A stretch of DNA of 40,232 bases. It comes from an uncultured Nitrospiraceae bacterium. Its GTDB lineage: Bacteria > Nitrospirota > Thermodesulfovibrionia > Thermodesulfovibrionales > UBA6898. Below the pieces are notes generated by a model. That model ran no database searches, was not told the origin of the DNA, and saw only the letters and a list, made by a program, of their open reading frames with translations. Positions within the stretch are counted from its first letter, which is position 1, and the number at the start of each line of letters is the position of its first letter. The translations under genes were made by a program, and so were the position numbers. This document shows, piece after piece, positions 10,344-21,043 of the stretch. The stretch is from assembly GCA_963811165.1 (NCBI GenBank), contig CAWEQH010000002.1, forward strand, positions 1 through 40,232, written 5' to 3'.

Positions 10344-10590
10344 CTTATTAGCGGGGGGAAATCACTCTTCTTCGAACTTTAAAATAACTTTTTTATCAAT
10401 CATGAAATAAACAAAAAAAAGTTCTCCTCATGAAAGTTAGACACAATTATTATAACATAGCGCTGTTTATTGAAAGTTTTGTTAGCAAAAATTGCTTCAT
10501 CGAGAAACGGACCAATTCGAAAGAAGAAATTCTTGGAGGGAGCATGAGGGGCGTGAAGTGTTTGTTGCAGCGGTCGCTGATAACTGCGCA

Positions 10591-10620
10591 TTGACTAGCG
10601 GCGCCTCGTCATGTTATAAG
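10591..10620 (+). promoter_or_regulatory. Putative sigma70 promoter of the radical SAM gene
   Basis: TTGACT (10591-10596), then extended -10 TGtTATAAG (10612-10620), ending 5 nt before the ATG at 10626. No Shine-Dalgarno sequence. Confidence 0.5.
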
Positions 10621-10625
10621 AATAA

Positions 10626-11660
10626 ATGTCTCAAAAAGCAGATTCCTACCAGTTAATAGATACAAAAAAAAGATTTAGAATAGACATAAAAAAAAGATTT
10701 AGAACTGTTCTAAATAAAGACGTTATAAACGTAAGATACTACACCGCTTTCGATGTCTGCAACTTCTCCTGTGAGTATTGTGTCGCGGGACAAAACAACA
10801 AGGCACGAATAATACATAATTTTGATAAACGCAAATATATCGAAATCGTGGAAGCAATCAAGAAGTTGCCTTTTTCAATGAATATAAGAATAGGGGTAGG
10901 AGGGGAATTTTTCCTGAGTCCGGATTTGATCGAAGGGGGAAGACGGCTTTCATGGTCCAGAAATGTAGAACATTTGAATTTAATCACAAATTTGAGTTTT
11001 GATTATGCTAGGTATGCTGATCTGCTAAGAGGCTACGACCGCAAAAAAGTTGCAATCGTTGCGAGTTACCATCCAACCCAGACAGAGAACAAAAAAAGAT
11101 GGCTCGAAACCGCCCTCCATATAAACAAGGAATATGATTTTGCTGTGATATTAGTGGCCTACCCGCCTCTTTTAGGGGATTTGCCTATTATTGCCAGAGA
11201 ATTGAGGCAGGCGGGTCTCGACGTATTTGTTCAAGGATATATCGGGAGCTACAACAATAAAGTGTACCCTCTTTCGTACACGATGGAAGAAAAAGAACTT
11301 CTTAAAGACATAATGTATAGCCGTCACGATTATGAATTTTTTGTAAACTGCAAAAAACCGGGATTATGCAACGCCGGATATAAAAGCCTATATATCGACA
11401 GAGAAGGGAAAGTATTTTCCTGTGGAATGGGAAAAGGTGTTAAACTCGGGAATCTGACGGAAAGCCCGGAGATCCGCTTCTTCGACGCTCCACGCCCATG
11501 CGTTCATGAAACCTGTTTTTGCGATACGGAATATATAAACACGGTCATTTTTGAACAATATTATTTTATGCTGGGGGGAAATCAGCATAAATATGCTTAT
11601 AGATTTAAGCAGCTTTCAGAACATATCAAAGAACTGGACGAATGGAAGATCGCTTATTGA
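10626..11660 (+). CDS. Radical SAM protein with Cys-rich SPASM/twitch-like C-terminus
   Basis: 344 aa with CNFSCEYC (CxxxCxxC) and GGE. C-terminal CNAGYKSLYIDREGKVFSC...PRPCVHETCFC. Confidence 0.85.
   Translation: MSQKADSYQLIDTKKRFRIDIKKRFRTVLNKDVINVRYYTAFDVCNFSCEYCVAGQNNKARIIHNFDKRKYIEIVEAIKKLPFSMNIRIGVGGEFFLSPDLIEGGRRLSWSRNVEHLNLITNLSFDYARYADLLRGYDRKKVAIVASYHPTQTENKKRWLETALHINKEYDFAVILVAYPPLLGDLPIIARELRQAGLDVFVQGYIGSYNNKVYPLSYTMEEKELLKDIMYSRHDYEFFVNCKKPGLCNAGYKSLYIDREGKVFSCGMGKGVKLGNLTESPEIRFFDAPRPCVHETCFCDTEYINTVIFEQYYFMLGGNQHKYAYRFKQLSEHIKELDEWKIAY
10655..10704 (+). repeat. 24-bp tandem duplication in the radical SAM N-terminus
   Basis: aatagatacaaaaaaaagatttag / aatagacataaaaaaaagatttag (2 mismatches), encoding IDTKKRFR-IDIKKRFR. 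Confidence 0.8.
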
Positions 11661-11747
11661 TATCTCTTCTATTCGCTCTGACCTTCTTTCGATCCAGAAG
11701 CGGGCCTCAACGATGGGAAAAGCGCTCATTGCATGGCGGACAGTTTG

Positions 11748-11778
11748 AAAAAAAAGGCAGGGTTATTCACCCTGCCTT
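11748..11778 (-). terminator. Rho-independent terminator after the S74 gene
   Basis: 10-bp stem aaggcagggt / accctgcctt with a 5-nt loop. The adjacent A-run reads as a U-tract on the minus strand. Confidence 0.75.
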
Positions 11779-11804
11779 AGAATAGCCTCAAAAAAACGTT
11801 TTAT

Positions 11805-12708
11805 CTAATTGCCGGCAGTCAGAGATGGTCCAACGCTTCCAAACATATCTTTTGATTTGATCTTCGTGACCTGTGCTTCAAGTTTATTCAACTTTTCCGA
11901 GAGTTCGGCAATTGTCTTGTTCTGCTCCTGAACAACTTTCGTCAATACTGCCACGATGTCCATGGTGCTTAAGGTCTTTCGGTCAGGAGTCGCCACGAGG
12001 TCCGGAACATCCTCTGCGATAAAACCGACATGTTTATAACCGGGGATATCCTTGTATACAAAGGTAACAGGATTCATTTTCTTGACGGCCGCGATAGCCT
12101 TTTCGGCACTAAGTTCTTGAATATTGTCTTTGTATTCTTCTGCTCGATGACGTAAACCATGTAGCTCCATCCGAACCTGCTCCGTTGGTCCCTACATTAA
12201 AAAGATGATGCAGCGTGGATGTGCCCGTGCCCACCCCGACTTTCCCACTGGGAAATAAAACACTGCTCCGACCAGCAATTGATATCATATCCTGAGGACC
12301 TGTCATATTATAATGTCTTATCTTAAATGTAGCGCTCGGCAAATTGAAGAGATTTGAACCAAAATCAAAAATTTCCCATCCTGGGTTTGAAGGATCTTGC
12401 GGACCTATAGCCTGCCATCTCGGGGCAAAATCAGTTGCCGAGCTTCCTATCAAACTGATCCTGCTGTTCGTTTGATTAGTCACAAGTTGAACATGAGACG
12501 CTCCACCGGTATGCCCCATTACTTGAATTTGGAATGCGTTGTTTGCGTCTGTTCCGCCGGCAAACACTTCACCGGTGTCGCTGACACTAAACACAGTATT
12601 CGTTCCCCCCGAATCCTTCACGATCAGTTTGTCCGCGCTGAACGCAGCCGCCGCCAGCAAAAAGATAAGAGCAACAACTGTCAATACAACTGCAAATGAC
12701 TTTTTCAT
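11805..12708 (-). CDS. Secreted fibre-like protein with C-terminal S74 intramolecular chaperone domain (one +1 frameshift at ~12140)
   Basis: Signal peptide MKKSFAVVLTVVALIFLLAAAAFSA and GKVGVGT fibre motif. Removing one A joins the ORFs as W-F-T-S-S-S-R-E-Y-K-D-N-I...NPVTFVYK...HVGFIAEDVP...LTKVVQEQ plus a coiled coil. AAAGGAGA RBS upstream. Confidence 0.8.
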
Positions 12709-13134
12709 CTCTTTTCTCCTTTCAAAGAAATATTTATAACAAACATTGACTTTCGATGTCCCGTCGATTTTCCTTAGTTGAGTTGCCTCCTTTGTTGATC
12801 ATCCGTAATATTTCTTCCCGATATAAATCGGCCCCATTAAACGTATATTATCAATTTTTGCGCGATTTATCAAAATAAAACTATCCACGAGCAGTTCCCT
12901 TTCTGTCCGCCCGCTTTGGGCGATACCTGCACGTGTTTATGTTTGGGTTGGCGATAAAGCCGATATTGTAGTCCGCCGCCACCTCGGGCGTTGATAGAAG
13001 GAGGATATGCCCCGAAGACTGTCGGACCACGGACTGAAATTTTCGCTAAAAATCAAGGCCTTTTTGGTGATATTATGAAATGCGCATAGCATGTCCGTTT
13101 CTGAAACAACGCTAACGTCAAGTTACGTTTTCCC

Positions 13135-15322
13135 TCACAGCACTATCACATTCCCGATGATTACGGTCCCCTTGCTGATCGTGAGTGTCCCGCTAATAGT
13201 CGTAGAACCGGTTTGGGACTCGAAGGCAGGGTCATAACCGCCCAGCAGACTTACGGTAATGCCCAGAGGCAGGTTAATGACGGGGCTTCCGGCAAGAGGA
13301 GTTTCCGGACTCGTCGTTTGCAGGCGAATGTCATCCCAGTTGCCGCAATCTCCTGCGGCCGTCTGGATGTCCGCATAGGTTGCCACAATTGCGCTGCCCT
13401 GCGCGAGCGCGACAGGATCGTTGCCGCGCAAGGGAATATCCAAGGTCGTCAAGATGGCAGGGTCATTGGATGCAATGCTCAACTGTCCGGTTCTTGCCCC
13501 TGCCCCTATGGGAGTAATAGAGACACTGCAGCTTGACAGGGACGGTATCGCATGACCTGAACAGCCGTCATTCGCTATTTCAAAATCGCCGCTGATCGAC
13601 ACAGTGCCTATGGTGAGGTCGGCGGTGCCCTGATTCACTATGAGTATGGTGCATGAAGTAGCAGCCGGATTTTGAAACATGTCAAATGTGCATGCATTGG
13701 AGTCGTTGACGAAATAGGCTGACGGCGGCAGGCCGGCAATCTGAGGGTACATCGCCCTTGCCTGAGTAATTAATAAAGGCGTATTGGTATGCGGCGGCTA
13801 CATCGAGCAGGCCGAACCCGTAGGTATTGTTAGGCGAAGAAGGCTCATCCGGCAGCGGAAGGGCTGACTTCTGAATAGCTTCCTCTATCTGGTCAGGCGT
13901 TAGCCCAGGCATTGCGCCTGCCAGTAGTGCTACAGCCCCTGAAGCATGCGGCGCAGATTGCGAGGTCCCGGAATATAAAGCATATTCGGAGGTAGTGGTG
14001 CCTGAAAAAATGGAACCTTCCGGGATAGAGGACCGGATGTTTGAACCGGGAGCAACCACATTCGGGAAGTTGATCCCCGTAAAAGTGGGGAAGTCAGGCC
14101 TGGCAGAACAGGCGGAAGGGCCCCAGGCGCTATAGCCTGCGATGACATTACTCGGGCTTGCGCAACCAATGCCAATGCAGTCTGTTGCGCCTACAGCGAA
14201 GACCCCAGGATTGTTGGCTGGGCTGAAGCTCGATGGAGAAATGACGGGCGTCGTGGGAACATTCCCGGCAGAAAAGACGACCTCTATCCCGGCAGCCTGC
14301 AGATTAGATATCGCAGATAAAAAAGTAGTGTCACATGCATTTTGAGAAGTGTCTATCTGCCATGAGTTGTTTACAACATCCGGCGCAGGTTCGCAGACAC
14401 AGCCGGTATCTGCAGGGTCGCAGCCAGGGCAAAGGGCCCACCCCAATGCACTGATAATGTCGCTGTCTTGCGCGTTGCCGGCATCGTTGAATATCTTTGC
14501 CGATATCCACTTCGCCCCCGGGGCCATCCCTATCGCATTGCCTGAAGCGGTTCCTCCGGCCATGATGCCCATCGTATGTGTGCCGTGGACATGAGTATTG
14601 TTCAGGTCGAGACAGGTAAAGTCCGAAGATTGGCATGCTACGGCCTTAAGGCCGTAAGGAGTCGTAGTATGATTATAAGGATCATACCAGCTTGGGCAAT
14701 TGGGAGGAGTGCTGCATGCCCCTCCTCTCCACCGGTACTTCAAATCCGGGTGGTTCACATCGACCCCTGTATCAAGATTGGCCACTACCGCGCCGACACC
14801 TGTGATGCCCGCGGCCCAGAGGGCGGGCGCGTTCACCCTGTCGATGTTCCAGCGGGGTGTGCCCGGCAAGGCAGGGACCATGGGCGTAAGCTGGACAACG
14901 GCATCCAGTTCAATGCTCGCTACCTGCGGCGAACCCGAGAGTTCGTTTATAGTTGAAGCCGGGACAGTGACGGCAATCGAATTCGTTATCCAAAGAGGCT
15001 TTATCTTCTTACCGCTTCTGTTTTGAAGCAATGCCTTGATCGGTCCCTGTGTCTTGTCCGCCTTGTCCTTAAGCGCAGCGGCAATCGCATTTCTTCTAAT
15101 TGCCCTGCCCTCCCGCGTACGACTCGCGGGGACTAGAGGAATTTGTTTAACGTCTACCTTATCGGCAAGATTAATGATGATAGCTACCTCCTGATTGGGA
15201 GGAGCTGTTTGTAATACCGATTGAAGTTCAGGGCTTATAGTAGCTGCCTCACAGACGGATAAGATAAACGAGAAGAGAATAGAAAGAAAGAAACAGAAAC
15301 GCAAACGCCTCATTTTGTTCAC
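13135..15322 (-). CDS. Secreted S8 subtilase with propeptide, Ig-like (choice-of-anchor D-like) domain and C-terminal beta-rich domain (one +1 frameshift at ~13746)
   Basis: Signal peptide. Catalytic motifs LDTG, HGTHTMG and SGTSQSAPH, with oxyanion-hole FSAGN. Removing one base joins GDVP-QIAGLPP to the 13135-13752 ORF (NQGTADLTIGTVSISGDF...C...LSIASNDP). Confidence 0.85.
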
Positions 15323-15387
15323 TCCTACAGTGCTGTCTTACATATATATTTTAGCAAAATGGTCCAACCTCATAACAATCCCAACAT

Positions 15388-15429
15388 AGAAGAAACCAAG
15401 GCCGCAGGGAGTATGTCCTGCGGCCTTGG
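15388..15429 (-). terminator. Rho-independent terminator after the multicopper oxidase gene
   Basis: 13-bp perfect stem ccaaggccgcagg (15396-15408) / cctgcggccttgg (15417-15429), followed by TTTCTTCT on the minus strand. Confidence 0.75.
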
Positions 15430-15459
15430 CGTGCAACTGTCCTGATACAGGCTAGTCCA

Positions 15460-18400
15460 TTACGGGGCGGTTACGTATCCCGCAATCTGGCCTGTATTAA
15501 TTGAAAATACGTTTAGTTGGCCAGTCAGCAAGGGATCCATCCCGGCTGCGGGCACGTCATTCGAAACAGCAGTTGCTATTTGCGTCCAGGCGGTGTTGCC
15601 TGTGAGGCTGTCGCCGTTAATGCTTGCCTTATTGATGTTAGTGTTGGCGGCACCCTTGGCAACGACCTCAAGTTTGTTTGTATTAGCGTTCCAGGTGATA
15701 CCAGGACCAGTCGAACTGGTGCCGGCAGGAAATACCTTCCAACCGCTGAACGACGAGCCGTTGTTATTGACGTTACCGACAAGGATCTGATTGGTGCTGT
15801 TTCTCGAAGCCAACTGGACCTTTCCGGTATTATCAATCGCAATTGCCGGAGCAGAAGCGACGACGCCTGCAAGTGCGGTCTGGGAGGCACCTGTACCGTT
15901 GTAGTTCATGGAACCTACCCATGCGGTGGTACCGGCCAAGATCGCATATTGCAGCTTGTTAGTTACAGGGTTCCAGGCGATTGCCGGAGCGGCAGTATTA
16001 CCCGCCCCGACCAGGGTATATCCGCTGAACCCTGAGCCGTCGGCATTCATATTCGCAACCCAGAGATTGTGTGAGAGCAGATCCCTTAACTGCGATTATG
16101 AGCTTCTTGTGTAGAGGGTCCCAAGCGATTGCGGGAGCAGTCGATGAGGTCCCTGGGGACAGAGGGGCAAAATCAAAGTTGAGTACGCCGTCCACATTCG
16201 CCGTCCCTACGTAGATCTTGCTGTCCGCTCTCCTGATGGCAACATGGTATTTGCCCAACGTGGGGTTCCATGCGACCGAAGGAGCGGAGGCCGAGTTAAT
16301 GGGGGCGATCTGGAAGACAATCGGCCGCATCATGTCGAATTCTTCGTGGGCCAGGATGTGGCAGTGCCACACGTATTCAAAGCCGAAGTCGGTCAGCGTG
16401 TTGGTTGTCTGGGCCACTGCGGGGACGCCCACCGGCGGCGCTATCGGCAGGAAGTTTGTGGTGGAACCCACAGGCGTCGAGGGATCCAGCGGCCGGATTT
16501 CGTGCGGCTCAGTGAACGGCAGCACCGGCTGGGTCGGCTTTAAGGCAATAAAGATGTCCTCAAAGGGGTTGGTCCTGATGGCTTCCCTCCAGCCCAGTTC
16601 ATCAGGATAGGGCGGCTTTACCGTGTTGGCATAGTCGACCCTGTTTATTACCTGAAGGTCGAAGAGGTGGAAGTGCATCACATGGGAATCGACGCCGAGG
16701 TGCGTAATGCGCCAGAGCACGATTTCGCCGTTGTTGAGGTACTCGGTCGGCGGGTCTATGAACTTCGAGATACCCACAACCGGGCCTGTGCCTACCGTCG
16801 GCGTAAGCGGGTTGGGGGTCGAACCGAGGAAGATGTTTATCCGCCCGTAGTCCGGATCAAAACCCTCGGTCAGGTTCTTCCCGGTAGGAGCAAGGGCGCC
16901 GGTCAGCAACGCCGAAGCAGTGGCGCCGGTGCCGTTGGTCCCCGGTGCAGCGATGAGGAAGACCAGAGGCTCATTGACGCATCCAGAGCCCGCATTTGTG
17001 ACCGTGATCGAGCCGACGAGGCCGGCGGTTGCCACGGTAACCGAGCAGGTCGCGCCGGTGCCGCCGCCGCCGCGTAATGGTGCAGGTAGGGGCTACCGCG
17101 TTAACCGCGGTGTTATAGTTCGAACCTGGCTCGACAATTGTGATAGCGGTAACTACACCGCCCGATATCGTTGCCGCTGCGGTAGCCTGTACGCCGCCGG
17201 CAAGGGGCGCGCCCAAGGTGACCGTAGGCGCCGAGGTGAACCCGGTGCCTGCCGCGACGAGCGTGACCGCGCCGATGGGGTTAATCCCCGCAGTCGCGGC
17301 GGGCAGCGTGGTGCATCCGCCTGCGCCGGGGACTATCTGAACCGAAGGAGCTACGGTATAACCTGCGCCGGGCAGTGTCGTCACGATCCTGGCGACGGTC
17401 TGACCCTTACCGGTTATATTCAGGCTGTCCATGTATCCCTGGCCATAAATATTGGCAGTCGCGAAGCCGGGGAAGGCCGCATTATACGCCAGCTGCGGCA
17501 CTATCGGTTTTTCCTGAACTGCTGCAAAGGCCTTCGGCAACACCGTCCTCAGAGCGGTGAACGTCGCCCCGAATGGGCCGCTCAGGGTCGGCGGGTTGAA
17601 GGACCCGGTAGGAGAGTGATCGAAAGCCGGGCGTTGCCGTGACATCGAAGTTGAGGGTCGACGTCTTGGTTCCCGCGATCCGGATCTGCATGAGGGTCCT
17701 GATGTTCGGGCCGAAACCTGCCGGTGTCGGGTACGCGCCTACCGGGAACTTATCAGGAGAGTCGGTGTAGTAGTCATAGGACGAATTGAACATTGGCATA
17801 GGCGTCGGTGCGTCGTTGTACACGATGAGCATGTCGCCTGCCGTGTAGTGGGAGAAATCGACGATAACGTCAGCGCGCATCGCGCCCATCAGATAGAGCG
17901 TACGGCTGGTGACGCCTGCGAAGGGGAGATTCTGCCGGATCATACTCATAGTCGACCGGATTCTGCGGCCAGACCGCAAGCTGCGCCAGGAACCCGGCTT
18001 CATTGCCTATCTGGAGCCACGGGCGGGCCTTGAGTGGTCAGGATCAGGCACGCCTCCGTCCCTGCCGTCTGTCGGCCAGGTCGGCGGATTGCCTGCGTCC
18101 ACTGCGGCGGGGACCATTGCGACCTCTGTGCAGAGGTTTTCCCAGGTCTGACCCGAGGGTGGCGTTGCATAATTGTAACCGAGGGACCCTGCTTTGCATA
18201 TGGTGCCCGCAAGGTAGCCTGCGCCGCCAAAGTTCGGACCGGTAAACGTGAAGCCGGTGACCGCGCCGGTTCCATCCAGTATCGGCGTTGCTGTGGCGAC
18301 CGTAGTCGGAGCGTGGCCGGCAACGTCGGTGATGGTCGCGGTGAGACCAGCGAGCACATCCTGCGCCCGGTCTCAGGACCGAGATGCCGGTGACGACGCC

Positions 18401-20390
18401 GCCGCGTACCACAGTCGAAGCGATAGGCATCGTGGTGCAGGTCGCCGGTGAAGGTGACATGGGCATGACCGACGGCCGCGCTATACAGCTGGAGGTTGAA
18501 GCTGCGGTCGTTTCCTGCGTCCAGTATCCTGAAGCGGAGGGCATCAGGCGGCAGGTTGACGAAAGGGAAGGCCGTGCCGTTGACGACCGCCGTGTCCTGG
18601 AAGGCCTCAGGCGTGACCGACGGGCTCGGCAGGGTGAGATACTTCGGGATCGCCGCCGGAATCATGAAGGGGCCGTAGTCCCACCTGCCGGTATCGGTGT
18701 ACCCTCTCGGGTCAAAGATGTTCTCGATCGGCATATACTCGTGGGGCATCCAGAGGTTCCCACCGGGCATGCCGAGGCCGTTGTTGGTATAGTTCACCCA
18801 GAGAGGGTCCACCGACCGAGGTTATCTCGTTGGACTGGAACTCAGCCGGGAACGGCCTCGGTGGCGGGATAGGCGTTACGAATGGCATCCGTCGACGCAT
18901 CTGCTCACAAAGGTCTTGTCCTGAATGACCAGCGGGATTCCGTAGCGGTATACCCCATTAGGGGTACCATTGTCAGGCAATATCTTGGTGGGCGCTGATC
19001 CCCGCGGCGGTGAAGACGCCCGAATTGTTCGTGCCGTCGATCAGATCATCCTCGACGTCGTCGACGATCAGATAGGGTGCGGCCATGCCGTCATAAACAG
19101 TCAACCTCGTAATGCCCCAGGCATGGTCGTGGAAGAAGAGCAGCCGGGGACTCTGCTGGTTCGTATAATACAGGGTCTCAATACCGTCGTTGGCTGAAGG
19201 CGTAATGCACTTCGCGCCGCCTACGCAGAGCACCGGGCCCGTCACCATGTCAGGGACATCCTGGAAGTCCGGACCTTTCTTCATGCCCCAGGGATATCCC
19301 GGAATGGCGGTCCCGGTAATCGGATCTCCCGCAGGAGTGAACCATTGGTGAGGAGTGTCCGTCGTTGCTGCCCGGGGTGTGGCCGCCATGGAGGTGAATG
19401 GAGATGCGGTTCTGCGTGAACTTGGCACAGGTCGAGAGCCCGTAATCACAGGCCGCGCCTGTCAAATCCTGGGGCCCCATTCCCGAGCCCATGATCGTCT
19501 CGTCCACAGGGAAGGGGAGCGCATCCGCGCCGCCTGTGCTGAGCGGAAGATGGTTTTCGAACCTGAAGCGCACCGGCTTGCCGTTTACCGCGCTTCCCAG
19601 AGGATAAGCACCGATGAATCCGGTGCTCCCGGCCGGCTTGTCAGGATGATAGGTGCGGGCTATGATCGCCGGTCCCAGATACTGAGGTGTGCCGCCGGCG
19701 TTAGGGTCTGTTGCGGTATCACCTTTAATGTAATAGCCCCGGAGCGTCGTCGGAGGCAGGTCGGTGTGCATCTGCGCGTGAATACTGCGCTACGCCGAGT
19801 TCATAGTAGTCCGAAGCAGGGGCAATACCCGTTGCCGGAAAGCTTGCCGTATCGGGAATGGCAATCGGGATGAACTCTCCGAGGTTGTTCTGGTTGCATG
19901 TACCACCGGTAACATTAGGGGGTGTGCCGGTACCCGGCGTGCATCCCTGAATTCCCAGTCCGGGCAGCGAGTCAACGAACTTCCTGATGCTCGGGCTCTG
20001 GGCAAAGTTCGGAATGGTGTAGTCGACGACCGGGTTAAACCCGATCCCTGGCGGGTAAAGCGGGTTGGCCGCGACCGCCGGACCAACGACCTTGGACGGA
20101 TAAGGCGGTCTAACCGGCCCGCTCGGCATCTGATTGATAGCCTCAGGAATCGGTCCGCGGAACCTTTGTCCGCTGGCCTTTATCGTGTTCAGCATCTGTT
20201 GAGTCCACTGCAGATACTCATTGTGTCTATCGAGGTCAGTATTCACTCCGCTTTGAAGCGACGGCGCTACCGTCCCCTTTGGCGGGTGGCCTCTTTCCCC
20301 TTCCTCTGCGTTGCCCCTGTCAACTCCCCATAAAAAGAGAGTTGCCGTGAGGAGCAGGCCCATTACAACAATAATTTTTCGTCCATACAT
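15460..20390 (-). CDS. Large (~1640 aa) secreted multicopper oxidase, MofA/OmpB type, broken by multiple frameshifts
   Basis: Collinear ORF pieces give a signal peptide (20390), then RKFVDSLPGLG...NNLGEFIPIAIPDT, and all four Cu-binding regions in order: IHLHGGH, FFHDHAWG, HVMHFHLFD and WHCHILAHEEFDMM. Thr/Gly-rich inserts and C-terminal PAIAWNP repeats are present. GTAGGAGG RBS upstream. Confidence 0.88.
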
Positions 20391-20483
20391 TATGTTTGCC
20401 CTCCTACTTTTAAATGTTATCCTTCATTGCGCTTAGCCGTGACACATCATAATTCATAACTTCGTCTCAACACCCCCTTCCCT

Positions 20484-20501
20484 TTGTCGATTCTCCGACA
20501 A
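20484..20501. promoter_or_regulatory. Palindrome upstream of the oxidase gene, possible operator
   Basis: TTGTCG-attctc-CGACAA, about 95 bp upstream of the oxidase start. Confidence 0.3.
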
Positions 20502-21043
20502 TTTGATTGCTAAGAGTTCTATCTGGAAATATGCGTCTAGTGTACTATTTACTCCCCCCATCAAGCGCCCGCTTGAGTGGTATCCGAATTTATTAAGTAT
20601 ATTTAATGATGCCAACCGACGTTTAGTATACTTATCTATTTAGAAATTTCAATATAAAAATATATAAAATATAAAAACTGTGCATTTATTCTCCCACCAT
20701 CCACCATGAATGTTGAATAATTTTAACCAACCAGGGGATTTTCAACAATAAGTCTTAGTCCGAAATTAATGTAGGATTCATTAACTTCGCATGTAAGTCA
20801 TTTCCCTACAAAAATCGGGTTTAAGTTCGCCACCCATGATCCTGAATAATCAGTAACAAGCTGTTATAGCTGCTTTTTTTAGCTACCGCCGGTAATTTCG
20901 ATTGTGAGCGTAATTGGAAGTCTCCAGGCCCAAGCAGATCATGCGGGAAGTCTTGCCGGAAAGCCCCCCGAGCTGCAGGCTTCCTCATTGCACCGTAAAT
21001 CCCGCCGAGGCACGGGGGGCATTCTGTCATGTTTCGGAAACGC

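Noticed and set aside
11805..12708. Prophage tail gene
   Set aside because: The protein has a Sec signal peptide, and there are no capsid, terminase, integrase or other tail genes in the window.
15460..20390. Several separate small genes, or programmed frameshifting
   Set aside because: The fragments are collinear parts of one oxidase with one RBS/signal peptide and one terminator. The breaks are too numerous and lack consistent slippery sites.
20595..20620. Sigma54 promoter (TTGGCA on the minus strand)
   Set aside because: There is no TGC at the -12 position.
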